A stretch of DNA of 39,168 bases from an uncultured Candidatus Saccharibacteria bacterium. Lineage in GTDB: Bacteria; Patescibacteriota; Minisyncoccia; Phycocordibacterales; SBAW01. How positions within the stretch are numbered: the stretch's first letter is position 1; every line of letters starts with the position of its first letter. This document shows positions 26,656-35,859 of the stretch, one piece after another. The stretch is from assembly GCA_964363205.1 (NCBI GenBank), contig CAYIHD010000003.1, positions 1 through 39,168 of the forward strand, read 5' to 3'. Position numbers and translations under genes: made by a program. The notes beneath the pieces are model-generated. The model did not search any database. It saw only the letters and a program-made list of their open reading frames with translations, and was not told where the DNA came from.

Positions 26656-27072
26656 ATGCGGAAGTCGATCAAGGCTTTTACGGCTCTAGTCGTACTATTG
26701 TTTTGCGCGGGCTGTTCGGAGACCACCCGGGAGACCCGACAGGCGGCCGGAGGGGATCCGGCAGTCCGCCAACTTGTTGCGGAAACTTTCCCCGACGCGC
26801 CCATCATGCTCCGGATCGCGCAGTGCGAGTCGGGCATGCGGCAATTCGGCCCGGACGGCCGGGTGCTGAGTGGGGCGGTGCACCCGCCGGATAAGGGCGT
26901 CTTTCAGATAAATACGCGTGTACATGGCCCCACCGCACACAGCCGCGGCGTGGACCTCCACATGACCAGGGGTAATATCGCCTTCACACGGTACCTCTAC
27001 GACAAAGAGGGGACCAGGCCCTGGTTCGCATCGAAAGGATGCTGGGGGAAGGATCGCATCGCCAGCAGATAG
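26656..27072 (+). CDS. Lysozyme-like/lytic transglycosylase lipoprotein
   Basis: Lipobox FCAGC, IAQCESG, GVFQIN and LY..EGTRPW.AS..CW. AAGGAGG SD, promoter TTGACA(26581)-N17-TAACAT. Confidence 0.75.
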   Translation: MRKSIKAFTALVVLLFCAGCSETTRETRQAAGGDPAVRQLVAETFPDAPIMLRIAQCESGMRQFGPDGRVLSGAVHPPDKGVFQINTRVHGPTAHSRGVDLHMTRGNIAFTRYLYDKEGTRPWFASKGCWGKDRIASR

Positions 27073-27084
27073 CCACGACAAATC

Positions 27085-27116
27085 AAAGTCTCCGCATGGT
27101 TGTGCGGAGACTTTTT
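27085..27116 (+). terminator. Intrinsic terminator
   Basis: aaagtctccgca...tgcggagactttt. Confidence 0.85.
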
Positions 27117-27137
27117 CCTATTTGGTATACTAAGCTC

Positions 27138-27497
27138 ATGCTTAACTACAATATAAAGGGCACCGGACTCGATATTACCGACGAGCTGCGCGGCTATGCG
27201 GAGAAAAAGCTCGGGCATGCGGAAAAGTTTTTGCAAAACGACCCTTCTGCGCGGATAAACATAGAGCTCGAGTATCAGGCTGGGCGCGACGGCGAGCATT
27301 ACCGCGCCGAGTTTACGGTCTTTGCCTCCGGCGCGGTGTACCGCGCGGAGCGCTGGGGAGAGGGCATGCACGCGGCTATCGACTTGGCAGTAGGGGATCT
27401 GGTCAACGAACTCGGCCGCAATAAAAAAAAGCGCCTGCACCTCGTGCGCCGCAGCGCGGCTAAGGTCAAAGACTACCTGCGCAGCTGGCGCAGCTAA
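27138..27497 (+). CDS. hpf: Ribosome hibernation factor HPF/RaiA
   Basis: MLNYNIKGTGLDITDELRGYAEKKL...MHAAIDLAVGDL..EL. TATACT-N6-ATG start. Confidence 0.85.
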   Translation: MLNYNIKGTGLDITDELRGYAEKKLGHAEKFLQNDPSARINIELEYQAGRDGEHYRAEFTVFASGAVYRAERWGEGMHAAIDLAVGDLVNELGRNKKKRLHLVRRSAAKVKDYLRSWRS

Positions 27498-27502
27498 CCC
27501 TG

Positions 27503-28255
27503 CTATTTTTGTCCGCGCAGATAGTCCGCGTACAACATTTCTTTTTTGCCCTCGGGGATTACTTTCAAAATTTCTAACTTGTTGTCTTTAAACTCCGCGT
27601 CGGTGACAATGACGCGCTTGTTTTTTGCGTTTATAAAATAGGCGCGAGGATTTTTATCAAAGGCGCGTACTTTTAAAAATTGTCCGCGCGGGCTTCCGCT
27701 GAGGTCGAGCAGTGCGTCCGCGTCGGTACATTTTTTAGTATAGGTTGCTTCCGCCTCGTTTTGCGCTTCGGCGGCAAGTTCGCCCCTCAGCAGCAGCGGG
27801 AGCGCGTCGGCCAAGAGGTTCGCCCCCTCGGTAAAGAGCATCTCGCTGAGCATGAGCCCTTTGGGCGGCCAGTCCTCTACGGCTATCTCGATGCGGGCCT
27901 GCGCGAGCACCGGGCCGGCGTCCATTTTTTCCGCCATGTGCATGACGGTGACGCCGGTGTGCCGCTCGTCTTGGAGTATGGCCGATACGTACGGCGAGGG
28001 GCCGCGGAACTTCGGCAAAAGAGACGGGTGGATATTGATACAGCCGCGCTTCGGGAGGTCGAGTATTTTTTTGGGCAGTATTTTGCCGTATGATGCCACG
28101 ACAAAAAAGTCCCAATCAGTATTATAAAGTTCTATCGGCAGTTCCTTAGTGTCGACAACTAACGCCGGCACCAATCCGCGCCGCTCCAGTTGCGCAAGCG
28201 CGAACTGCGAGTCGGCTGATGTGCCAAAAAACGCAAAAAGGGGTTTAGACGCCAT
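27503..28255 (-). CDS. fmt: Methionyl-tRNA formyltransferase (shortened)
   Basis: FFGT, VVASYGKIL, INIHPSLLPKFRGPSP and MDAGP. Confidence 0.92.
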   Translation of the reverse strand: MASKPLFAFFGTSADSQFALAQLERRGLVPALVVDTKELPIELYNTDWDFFVVASYGKILPKKILDLPKRGCINIHPSLLPKFRGPSPYVSAILQDERHTGVTVMHMAEKMDAGPVLAQARIEIAVEDWPPKGLMLSEMLFTEGANLLADALPLLLRGELAAEAQNEAEATYTKKCTDADALLDLSGSPRGQFLKVRAFDKNPRAYFINAKNKRVIVTDAEFKDNKLEILKVIPEGKKEMLYADYLRGQK

Positions 28256-28802
28256 GTTTATCTTTAAGTTTAGCCCGCGCGGTCTGCATGTCCTCGTCTT
28301 CTTCCAGTCGCACCACCTTGTCGGTGTACAAAATACCTTCCAGATGGTCGCACTCGTGCTGGAAGATATGGCCTATCAGCGCCGAGCCGTGGTAGGTGAT
28401 GGTCTTTCCATTTTCGTCGAGCGCTTGTATCGACGCTTTTTCGTGGCGCAGGACGGTGCCGTATTTGCCGCGCACCGACAGGCACCCCTCCGACATCTCG
28501 TGTTTTTTGCGCGACAGCCGGGTGATTTCAGGATTGATGAACACGCGGTCCGGCGGAGTGGGCGGTGCCTTTTCTCCCTCTTTTACTACGGGGGCGAAGG
28601 CTTTGCCGGAAATGACAAAAATACGCAGCGGTTCGCCGATTTGCGGCGCGGCGATAGCCACGCCGAAGTCCTCCGCGGCGAGGGCCTTTTTCATGCGCGC
28701 GATAACTTTGGTTATCTTTGCCGAACCGATGTCTTTTTTGGCAACCGGCTTGGCTATGCCGCGCAGTACCGGGTCGCCCTCCTGTACGATTGGGTCTTTC
28801 AC
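28245..28802 (-). CDS. def: Peptide deformylase
   Basis: GVAIAAPQIG, EGCLS and QHECDHLEG. Start set at GTG 28802. Confidence 0.93.
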   Translation of the reverse strand: MKDPIVQEGDPVLRGIAKPVAKKDIGSAKITKVIARMKKALAAEDFGVAIAAPQIGEPLRIFVISGKAFAPVVKEGEKAPPTPPDRVFINPEITRLSRKKHEMSEGCLSVRGKYGTVLRHEKASIQALDENGKTITYHGSALIGHIFQHECDHLEGILYTDKVVRLEEDEDMQTARAKLKDKHGV

Positions 28803-28827
28803 AGTAAGTAATATGCAATAATTTACG

Positions 28828-29033
28828 AAAAAGCGAAAGGCCGGCTCACGTCTGAGCCGGCCTTGTGCAGCAATACAATGTTTGAAAGTCTGTCTGTGAC
28901 TTCGTCGGTCGCCTGGTAACCTTCCCGACTCCTTCGTCGGCGACATATCTCAAACACGCTCGCGCACGCTTCGCGTGTCCTAGGGTAAGTGCTGGGGGCA
29001 GCGGACACGCGAAACTAAACAAAAAAGCACCTG
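28828..29033 (-). ncRNA. Candidate ~200-nt structured ncRNA or attenuator upstream of def
   Basis: Promoter TTGACA(29067)-N17-TAGGAT. Stems ttcgcgtgtcc/ggacacgcgaa, tgtttga/tcaaaca and gtcgcc/ggcgac. Terminator aaggccggctca/tgagccggcctt followed by U residues. Confidence 0.55.
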
Positions 29034-29086
29034 TGTCTATCCTACATAGATAATAAGTTTCTGTCAACAAGTGTATAATCCCCATC

Positions 29087-29365
29087 ATGGAGCACATCGG
29101 CAAGCACATGGAGAGCCTTTCGCCGCGCTCTAAAAAGGAGCGCGCGACCGAGCGCGGCGAGATGATGAAATATTTTATCGAGCAGCTCAACCCCGGGCGC
29201 GTGCGCGACGGCTATCCGCCGCTTAGCTTGCCGCGCATGGGCCGCCTGCTCCTGGCCATACCCACCAAAGACCTCTATTATCTTAAGAGCGTATGCGAGC
29301 AGTCAAAAGATTTTTCCAAAAAGTTTTGGTGGGAGATCAATCCGAAAAAGCATGAACAAAAATAA
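29087..29365 (+). CDS. Hypothetical protein
   Basis: TERGEMMKYF..DLYYLKSVC..FSKKFWWE. TATAAT-N7-ATG start, overlaps the murA start. Confidence 0.75.
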   Translation: MEHIGKHMESLSPRSKKERATERGEMMKYFIEQLNPGRVRDGYPPLSLPRMGRLLLAIPTKDLYYLKSVCEQSKDFSKKFWWEINPKKHEQK

Positions 29366-30578
29366 ATTTATTGTCGAAGGGCTCGGCGGCCGGCGCGCAC
29401 TGCGCGGAGCAATAGCGGTCAAGGGCGCCAAAAACGCCGCGCTCAAAGCGCTTGCGGCAAGTGTGCTCTTTGACGACCCGATACCTATGCAAAATCTGCC
29501 CGACATCGAGGATGTTAAGCGCATGCAGGAGCTCCTTGCCGGCGGGTTGCCGGTGCTCAAAAAAGATATAGCCGAGCGCCTGCGCGCCTCGATAGTGCTC
29601 ACCGGCCCCGTGCTGGCGCGCTACGGCACGGTCACTTTTCCGTTCCCCGGCGGCTGCGTGCTCGGCGAGCGGCCCATCGATTTGTTTTTAGACGGCTTTC
29701 GCGCGATGGGCGCGACGGTGGAGGAGAAAGACGATTTGTTTATTATTTCGGGTAAACTGCTCGGCGCAAAAATTTTCTTTCCGTCGGTGTCGGTAACCGC
29801 AACAGAAACTTTGATGCTCGCCGCCACTCTTGCCGAAGGCGAGACGGTGCTGCAGAACGCCGCCATGGAGCCCGAGATAGGAGCGCTTATCCGCTATCTC
29901 AACCAATGCGGCGCGCACATAGAGGGCGCTGACACGCCGACGCTGGTTATACAAGGTACCGGCGGAAAACTCCTGCACAGCGGCGGCGTGCCGTATGTCA
30001 CGCCGCCGGACAGGATAGAGACGGGGAGCTTTCTTATTTTGGCGGCGCTGTGCGGAGAGGAGGTAAAAATTACCGGCTGTGAGCCGCGCCACGTAGACGC
30101 TCTGCTGGTGCTCCTGCGCCGAGCCGGCGTCAATTTAGAAGTTGGAAAAGATTTTATTGAGGTAAAAGGAAAGGCTACCATATATCGTAGTGTTTCGGTG
30201 CGCACACACGAGTACCCGGGCTTTCCGACCGACCTGCAGGCGCCGATGGCGGTGTTTTTGAGCCAGTGCGACGGCGAGGCGACGATACTCGAAACTATTT
30301 TTGACGGCCGCTTCCGCTATGCCGACGACCTTATCCGCATGGGCGCGGACATCACCGTGATGAACCCGCACAAAATTTGGATAAAAGGCCCGCGCGCGCT
30401 TAGCCGCAAAGAGCTCGAGAGCCCCGATCTGCGCGGCGGGCTGGCCTACCTCATCGCCGCCGCGGTGGCGGAGGGCACCAGCACGATAGACAACGCCTAC
30501 CTCATCGACCGCGGCTACGAACATATAGAAAACCGCCTCCAAAACCTCGGCCTTAACATAAAAAGAGAACAAGTATAA
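29352..30578 (+). CDS. murA: UDP-N-acetylglucosamine 1-carboxyvinyltransferase
   Basis: GAKNAAL, LRASI, PGGCVLGERP, PDRIETGS, YPGFPTDLQ, DLRGG and IDRGYE. Confidence 0.95.
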   Translation: MNKNKFIVEGLGGRRALRGAIAVKGAKNAALKALAASVLFDDPIPMQNLPDIEDVKRMQELLAGGLPVLKKDIAERLRASIVLTGPVLARYGTVTFPFPGGCVLGERPIDLFLDGFRAMGATVEEKDDLFIISGKLLGAKIFFPSVSVTATETLMLAATLAEGETVLQNAAMEPEIGALIRYLNQCGAHIEGADTPTLVIQGTGGKLLHSGGVPYVTPPDRIETGSFLILAALCGEEVKITGCEPRHVDALLVLLRRAGVNLEVGKDFIEVKGKATIYRSVSVRTHEYPGFPTDLQAPMAVFLSQCDGEATILETIFDGRFRYADDLIRMGADITVMNPHKIWIKGPRALSRKELESPDLRGGLAYLIAAAVAEGTSTIDNAYLIDRGYEHIENRLQNLGLNIKREQV

Positions 30579-30640
30579 AGGTTTCACCTATATATCTGCG
30601 TCGCTCGGGATCCAAAGCTAAAGCTTTGACCCTCGCTATC
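30574..30640. repeat. Intergenic palindromes (REP-like)
   Basis: tataaaggtttcacctatata (30574-30594) and caaagc-taaa-gctttg (30613-30628). Confidence 0.45.
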
Positions 30641-30662
30641 CTCGGTATAGAATGCCTAAGCG

Positions 30663-31676
30663 ATGGCTTTCTTTACCCCCAAGCTCGGCATTGACCTCGG
30701 TACGGCCAACACGCTCGTGTTTGTGCCCGGCAGGGGCGTTATTTTAAACGAGCCCTCCGTGGTCGCGATTTCAGAAATTGATAAGCGGATTTTGGCCGTC
30801 GGATTTGACGCCAAGGATATGATAGGCCGCACGCCGGGCGAGATTATCGCGTACCGGCCGATGCGCGACGGCGTCATCGCCGACTACCGCGTCACGCAGG
30901 CGATGCTCAAATATTTTATCCAAAAAGCGCTGGGCCGCTGGCAGTTGTTTAAGCCCGACGTGATGATAAGCGTGCCCACCGGCGTTACCTCGACCGAGCG
31001 CCGCGCGGTTGTCGAGGCCGCCATCCGCGCCGGCGCCAAAAACGCGTACGTGGTCAAGGAGTCGGTGCTCGCGGCGATAGGTGCCGGCATTCCTATACAA
31101 GAGGCCAAGGGGCACATGGTGGTTGATATAGGCGGCGGCACCACCGACGTGGCGGTTATTTCGCTCGGCGGCATCGTCGCGTCGACCAGCATTAAATGCG
31201 CCGGAGACAAGCTCGACCACGCCATTACCGATTACATAAAAAAAACATACAACCTGGCGATAGGCGAGAAGACCGCCGAAGATGTCAAAATAAATATAGG
31301 CTCCGCGGTGCCGGTGGAGGACGAGCTTGTCATGAGCGTCAAAGGCCGCGACTTTATCACGGGGCTTCCGCGCAGCTGCGAGTTGCGCACCAACGACATA
31401 GTCAAAGCGATGGGCAAGGAACTGCGCGAGATAATCAAAGCCATCCGCGATGTTTTGCAGGAGACGCCGCCGGAGCTTGCGGCCGACATCATCGACTCCG
31501 GCATCACCATGACCGGCGGCAGCAGCCTCCTGCGCAACTTTGCCGAGCTGGTTTTGCGCCGCATCGGCGTCAAGGCGGCCGTCGCGGACGACGCGCTCTA
31601 TTGCGTCGCCAAAGGCACCGGTATCGCGCTTAACCACTTGGACACGTACAAAAAGGCCATCATTGCGAAGCGATGA
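30663..31676 (+). CDS. mreB: Rod shape-determining protein MreB (paralog 1)
   Basis: GIDLGTANT, EPSVVA, VVDIGGGTTD and TGGSSLL. Confidence 0.95.
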   Translation: MAFFTPKLGIDLGTANTLVFVPGRGVILNEPSVVAISEIDKRILAVGFDAKDMIGRTPGEIIAYRPMRDGVIADYRVTQAMLKYFIQKALGRWQLFKPDVMISVPTGVTSTERRAVVEAAIRAGAKNAYVVKESVLAAIGAGIPIQEAKGHMVVDIGGGTTDVAVISLGGIVASTSIKCAGDKLDHAITDYIKKTYNLAIGEKTAEDVKINIGSAVPVEDELVMSVKGRDFITGLPRSCELRTNDIVKAMGKELREIIKAIRDVLQETPPELAADIIDSGITMTGGSSLLRNFAELVLRRIGVKAAVADDALYCVAKGTGIALNHLDTYKKAIIAKR

Positions 31677-31699
31677 AATAAAGGTAGTTAGCAAGAAAT

Positions 31700-32305
31700 A
31701 TGATTCACCACGCGTATTATATAGAAGGCTCCGCGTCCGCCTTTGACGCGTACAAAGATTTAATTAAGCCTTTTTGGTCGGGCAAGTTTGAGCGGTTTGG
31801 CATAGATGACGCGCGCACGCTGATTGCTCTTGCAAGCTTGAAAAATTTTAACGAAGCGGTGTTTTTTGTGTGCGCGGCGTCGATAACAAGCGACGCTCAA
31901 CAGTCACTGCTTAAGCTGTTTGAGGAACCGCAGGCGGGGACTACGTTTGTGCTCCTGGCGCCTCACGGGTCGCTCCTGCCAACCCTTAAGTCCCGCATGC
32001 TTCCGTATACGGAGTTATCCACAGTTGCAAAGGACTCTCCTTTGCAGATAGAGGCTAGGAGGTTTTTAAAGATTGAAGGGAAGGATCGTAGTGAGTTTAT
32101 TGCCAAGATGCTCAAAGACGAGGAGGGCTTGAAAGAGCGCATGCGTGATTTTATAAACGCGCTTGAAATTGAATTAGCGAAAGACGTAAAAAAAAATAAA
32201 CAAGGGCTCGAGGATATCGCGATGGTGCGCGATTATTTAGGCGACAAAGCGCCGTCATTAAAAATGCTGCTCGAGCATCTGGCGGTCTCATTGCCGTCAT
32301 TCTAA
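31700..32305 (+). CDS. DNA polymerase III delta'-like subunit (reduced)
   Basis: HHAYYIEG, FGIDDAR, AQQSLLKLFEEP and LLPTLKSR. Confidence 0.7.
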   Translation: MIHHAYYIEGSASAFDAYKDLIKPFWSGKFERFGIDDARTLIALASLKNFNEAVFFVCAASITSDAQQSLLKLFEEPQAGTTFVLLAPHGSLLPTLKSRMLPYTELSTVAKDSPLQIEARRFLKIEGKDRSEFIAKMLKDEEGLKERMRDFINALEIELAKDVKKNKQGLEDIAMVRDYLGDKAPSLKMLLEHLAVSLPSF

Positions 32306-32324
32306 CATTTTGCAAAATACTAGA

Positions 32325-32987
32325 ATGACTCCCAAAAAACTCAAAGAAAGAAAAGTAAGAATTCAGAAACTCGACCGCGCGCTCAAGAAACTGTTTCCCA
32401 ATGCGGCCATAGAACTCCGCTACAAAACACCGTGGGAGTTGTTGGTGGCGGTACAGCTGTCCGCGCAGTGCACCGACAAAATGGTCAACAAAATTACGGA
32501 GAAGTTGTTTAAAAAATACAAAAAGCTTGACGATTATCTCAAGGGTAGTCCTCGAGAATTTGAGCAGGATATAAAATCTTCCGGCTTTTACCGCAACAAA
32601 ACCAAAAACATCCTTGCCGCCGCAAACATGATTAAAAAAGAATTCGGCGGGGAAGTGCCGATGACAATGGCGGAGATTCTGCGTTTGCCGGGCGTGGCGC
32701 GCAAGACCGCAACAGTCGTGTTAAAGGAAGCGCACGGCGTGGTGGCGGGCATTACCGTCGACACGCATGTCATACGGTTCGTACAGCGCTTTGACCTGTC
32801 GGATTATAAAAATCCCGTGAAGATAGAACAAGATTTGATGGCGCTCCTGCCCAAGCGCGAGTGGGGCAGTTTTACCCACCGCGTCATCCACTACGGCCGC
32901 TATCTCGCCCCCGCGCGCACGTATGACACCACCAAAGACCCGCTGATAAAAATTTATCCGCCCGCCGCAAAACGGTTTAGAGTCTAA
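32325..32987 (+). CDS. nth: Endonuclease III lacking the Fe-S cysteines
   Basis: LLVAVQLSAQCTD, GFYRNK, LPGVARKTA (HhH, catalytic Lys) and VDTHV. Confidence 0.9.
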   Translation: MTPKKLKERKVRIQKLDRALKKLFPNAAIELRYKTPWELLVAVQLSAQCTDKMVNKITEKLFKKYKKLDDYLKGSPREFEQDIKSSGFYRNKTKNILAAANMIKKEFGGEVPMTMAEILRLPGVARKTATVVLKEAHGVVAGITVDTHVIRFVQRFDLSDYKNPVKIEQDLMALLPKREWGSFTHRVIHYGRYLAPARTYDTTKDPLIKIYPPAAKRFRV

Positions 32988-33012
32988 TAAGGTTTTTTGC
33001 TATACTAGTCCC

Positions 33013-33564
33013 ATGACATACGATTTTAAACCTTTCGAGAAGCGGATTAAGGAGATTGAGGAGCGTGCCGTCAAAGAGCTCTCCGGCATACGCACCGGCA
33101 GGGCGGCGCCGGCTATTTTGGATGTTGTGTTGGTGGAGAGCTACGGCACTCGCGTGCCGATAGTGCAGATTGCCACGGTCAATGTCGAAGACGCCCGCAC
33201 CATCCGCATTACGCCGTGGGATATGGGCAATGCAAAGGAAATAGAAAAGGCGATTACGGTCGCTAACCTCGGCCTTTCCGTCGGCGCGGATGAGAAGGGG
33301 ATCCGCGTATCCTTCCCCGAATTGACTTCCGACCGCAGGAGCCAATTGTTGAAACTTGCTAAAGAAAAGGTGGAGGAGTTGCGCACCGAGTTGCGCGCCG
33401 CGCGCGACCATGTGTGGAACGACATTCAAAAACAGGAAAAAGATAAGCTTATGACCGAAGACGAAAAGTTCCGCTCCAAAGACGAGATGCAGAAGCGCGT
33501 CGACGCCGCCAACCGGCAATTTGACCAAGCGTTGGAACGTAAAGAGAAAGAAATTGCCGGTTAA
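33013..33564 (+). CDS. frr: Ribosome recycling factor
   Basis: IRTGRA, ITPWD, PELTSDRR and KEKEI. TGCTATACT-N6-ATG start. Confidence 0.95.
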   Translation: MTYDFKPFEKRIKEIEERAVKELSGIRTGRAAPAILDVVLVESYGTRVPIVQIATVNVEDARTIRITPWDMGNAKEIEKAITVANLGLSVGADEKGIRVSFPELTSDRRSQLLKLAKEKVEELRTELRAARDHVWNDIQKQEKDKLMTEDEKFRSKDEMQKRVDAANRQFDQALERKEKEIAG

Positions 33565-33567
33565 TAT

Positions 33568-34653
33568 ATGTCGTTAGTTGTATTTATTGTCATATTAATC
33601 GCGTTGATTTTGGTGCATGAGCTCGGGCACTTTATCGCGGCCAAACTTTTTGGCATACGGGTTGATGAGTTTGCTATCGGTTTTCCGCCGCGGCTTTTTA
33701 GGGTCAGGTACGGCGAGACGGAATACACGTTTAACTTGCTGTTGGTGGGCGGCTTTGTCCGCATACACGGCGAGGACCCGGGCACCGACGCGCTCGACAA
33801 GCGCAGTATGGCAAGCAAGCCGCGTCTGGTGCAGGCCGGCGTGATAGTCGCCGGTGTTGCGATGAACCTTATCGTCGGATGGCTTGCGCTCTCCGGAGGC
33901 TACATGGCCGGCATGGCTGCCGTACCCGGCACCTCGGCGTTCGGCACCGTGCGCGACACACGCGCGACCGTTACGCAGGTCCTCCCGGAGTCTCCCGCCG
34001 AGAAGGTCGGGCTGATGGCGGGGGATAAAATAGAGGCGCTGCAAACCGGCGTGCAAAAATTCGGGTTGCCACTGAATGCGGAAAATATAACGCGTTTTAT
34101 CGGCGAGCATCAGGACGAATCGTTTGTGATTACCGTATCGCGCAGCGGCGTCGACAAAGTTTTTATCGCCAAACCCGCAGACGGAATAGCCCTCGGCAAG
34201 AAAGCGCTCGGCATAAGTATGGCGGATGTCGGCGTTTTGCAGCTGCCGCCGCATCTTGCGCTCCTGCAGGGCGCCATATCGGCCAAGCAGGTGACCGTTG
34301 CGACCGCGCAAGGGCTCGGCATCTTTTTTTCCCGGTTGGTGCGCGGCGTAGCCGACTGGGGCTCTGTCGCCGGTCCGGTGGGCATAGCCGGAGCGGGAGC
34401 CAGCGCCGTGCAAGAGGGCTTTGCCGCCGCCGCTTTTATAACGGCGCTCATCTCCATCAATCTCGCCATCATAAACTTGATTCCGATACCGGGGCTCGAC
34501 GGCGGACGCCTGCTTATCATTATCATCGAGGGCATTTTGCGCCGCCCCGTGTCTCCAAAAATTGTTACCGCGCTGTCTCTCTTCGGCTTCGCGCTCCTGA
34601 TTGCGCTGATGCTGACCGTGACCTACCACGACATCGCTAAGCTGGTCGGATAA
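33568..34653 (+). CDS. rseP: Site-2 protease RseP (M50, PDZ)
   Basis: HELGH, FAIGFPP, GGFVRIHGE, SPAEKVGL, AGPVGI and NLIPIPGLDGGR. Confidence 0.92.
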   Translation: MSLVVFIVILIALILVHELGHFIAAKLFGIRVDEFAIGFPPRLFRVRYGETEYTFNLLLVGGFVRIHGEDPGTDALDKRSMASKPRLVQAGVIVAGVAMNLIVGWLALSGGYMAGMAAVPGTSAFGTVRDTRATVTQVLPESPAEKVGLMAGDKIEALQTGVQKFGLPLNAENITRFIGEHQDESFVITVSRSGVDKVFIAKPADGIALGKKALGISMADVGVLQLPPHLALLQGAISAKQVTVATAQGLGIFFSRLVRGVADWGSVAGPVGIAGAGASAVQEGFAAAAFITALISINLAIINLIPIPGLDGGRLLIIIIEGILRRPVSPKIVTALSLFGFALLIALMLTVTYHDIAKLVG

Positions 34654-34661
34654 AAATAAAT

Positions 34662-34691
34662 AAAAAAACGCCGCCCGGGTGAGGGGCGGCG
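34662..34691 (-). terminator. Intrinsic terminator
   Basis: cgccgccc/gggcggcg stem with an A tract on the plus strand (U tract on the minus strand). Confidence 0.7.
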
Positions 34692-34711
34692 GGACAGAAG
34701 TTTGAACGCTA

Positions 34712-35737
34712 TTATTTCTTTTCGAGGGCCGTGCGCACGATGCGCACGATCTCATTGACTCCCAGCAAGGTGTAGTCGCCCTCGCTGAGCGGGTGGCTTC
34801 TTGAGCCGGACAAAATAAGCTTGTTGCTGTCGTGGATGAACCACATCGGCAACTCCTTGAGCGTCCCCATCCGAACTACTTCGCACGCGGGGATGCTTAA
34901 GTTGCGCCTCTTGGCCTCGGCCCAACGCAGAGCGACAACGACGTCGCCGAGCTTGACCGGTGAGCCGTCTTTGACCTGGATGCCGACATAAAAGCCCTTC
35001 GTGCCTTTTTGTCGCTGCATCCAGACCACCGCATCGGCGCCGGCGTGGTATGCCCCATTCATCAAACGGGACTCGAACATCAAGACGCCGAGCTTGAGGC
35101 CGTTCGCGAGTTCCTCCATCTTTCCGCGCTCTTTGAATATCTCGCGGCCTTCAGCACGGATCCGGTGGAAGCTGCACAGTGCGTCGGGGTCGGTCATCGC
35201 ATGGCAGACCACTGCGTCCCAGTCGGTGTCTTTGGTGCCTTCGAGCTTGTAGATGCCCGCGAGCGCCTTAAACACGTTGTGGACCGAGCAATCGTCGACC
35301 GGCTTGGCGTTGTCGGTTACCTGGGTAAGCACGAGAATCGGCTTGATCCCGGGATCGTCGGCGTAACCGAAGTGTTCGACCAGCAGCTGGAAGCTCGACG
35401 CCCCCTGCAGATTCTTTTCATGCTGGTCAAACTTTCCGAAGCCGGTGTCAGCGTGGATAACGTTGAACCCGGTCCCTTCCGAAATGGGCAGACGTTCGCC
35501 GGCCCGCACGTACCGAATCTTGGTCTCCTTCCCATCAGCCGACAGAAAGCGGTCGACAAACCAAATACAGGCGATCGCGTCGGTATCTGGATTGTGATGC
35601 GTTACCACCATGAAGGGCAGCGCCGGATTGAACTCCAGCGACTCCTCCATGGTAGCGAGCGGTCTCGCGCGGTCTGCAATCGTGCCGCTAATTTCGGTAG
35701 GGGCAGCAAAAGCAAGGGCGGTGGCTTCTTGCAACAT
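34712..35737 (-). CDS. DHH/MYG1-like metallophosphoesterase-fold hypothetical protein
   Basis: VVTHHNPDTDAIAC and ADTGFGKFDQH motifs. AAGGAG SD before ATG 35737, promoter TTGACT(35818)-N17-TAGGAT. Confidence 0.55.
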   Translation of the reverse strand: MLQEATALAFAAPTEISGTIADRARPLATMEESLEFNPALPFMVVTHHNPDTDAIACIWFVDRFLSADGKETKIRYVRAGERLPISEGTGFNVIHADTGFGKFDQHEKNLQGASSFQLLVEHFGYADDPGIKPILVLTQVTDNAKPVDDCSVHNVFKALAGIYKLEGTKDTDWDAVVCHAMTDPDALCSFHRIRAEGREIFKERGKMEELANGLKLGVLMFESRLMNGAYHAGADAVVWMQRQKGTKGFYVGIQVKDGSPVKLGDVVVALRWAEAKRRNLSIPACEVVRMGTLKELPMWFIHDSNKLILSGSRSHPLSEGDYTLLGVNEIVRIVRTALEKK

Positions 35738-35859
35738 CGGTAGCTCCTTGGTTAGGTTCGGCTTATACTCGAAATGAGCAGCCTCTGCCATCCTAGCATA
35801 TTTAAACATAAAAGTCAAGTATATGGTTATTACCGTGTTTTGCCTTTACAATAGCCTTC

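Noticed and set aside
28803..28946. N-terminal extension of def in the ORF track (likewise 15849-16469 for DedA and 27039-27137 for hpf)
   Set aside because: The extensions run through terminators, structured RNA or opposite genes. Family homology starts at the downstream start codons.
31674..31676. Alternative genetic code (UGA=Gly as in Gracilibacteria/Absconditabacteria)
   Set aside because: TGA terminates mreB and the GT2 gene at the expected ends, and core genes have no in-frame TGA.
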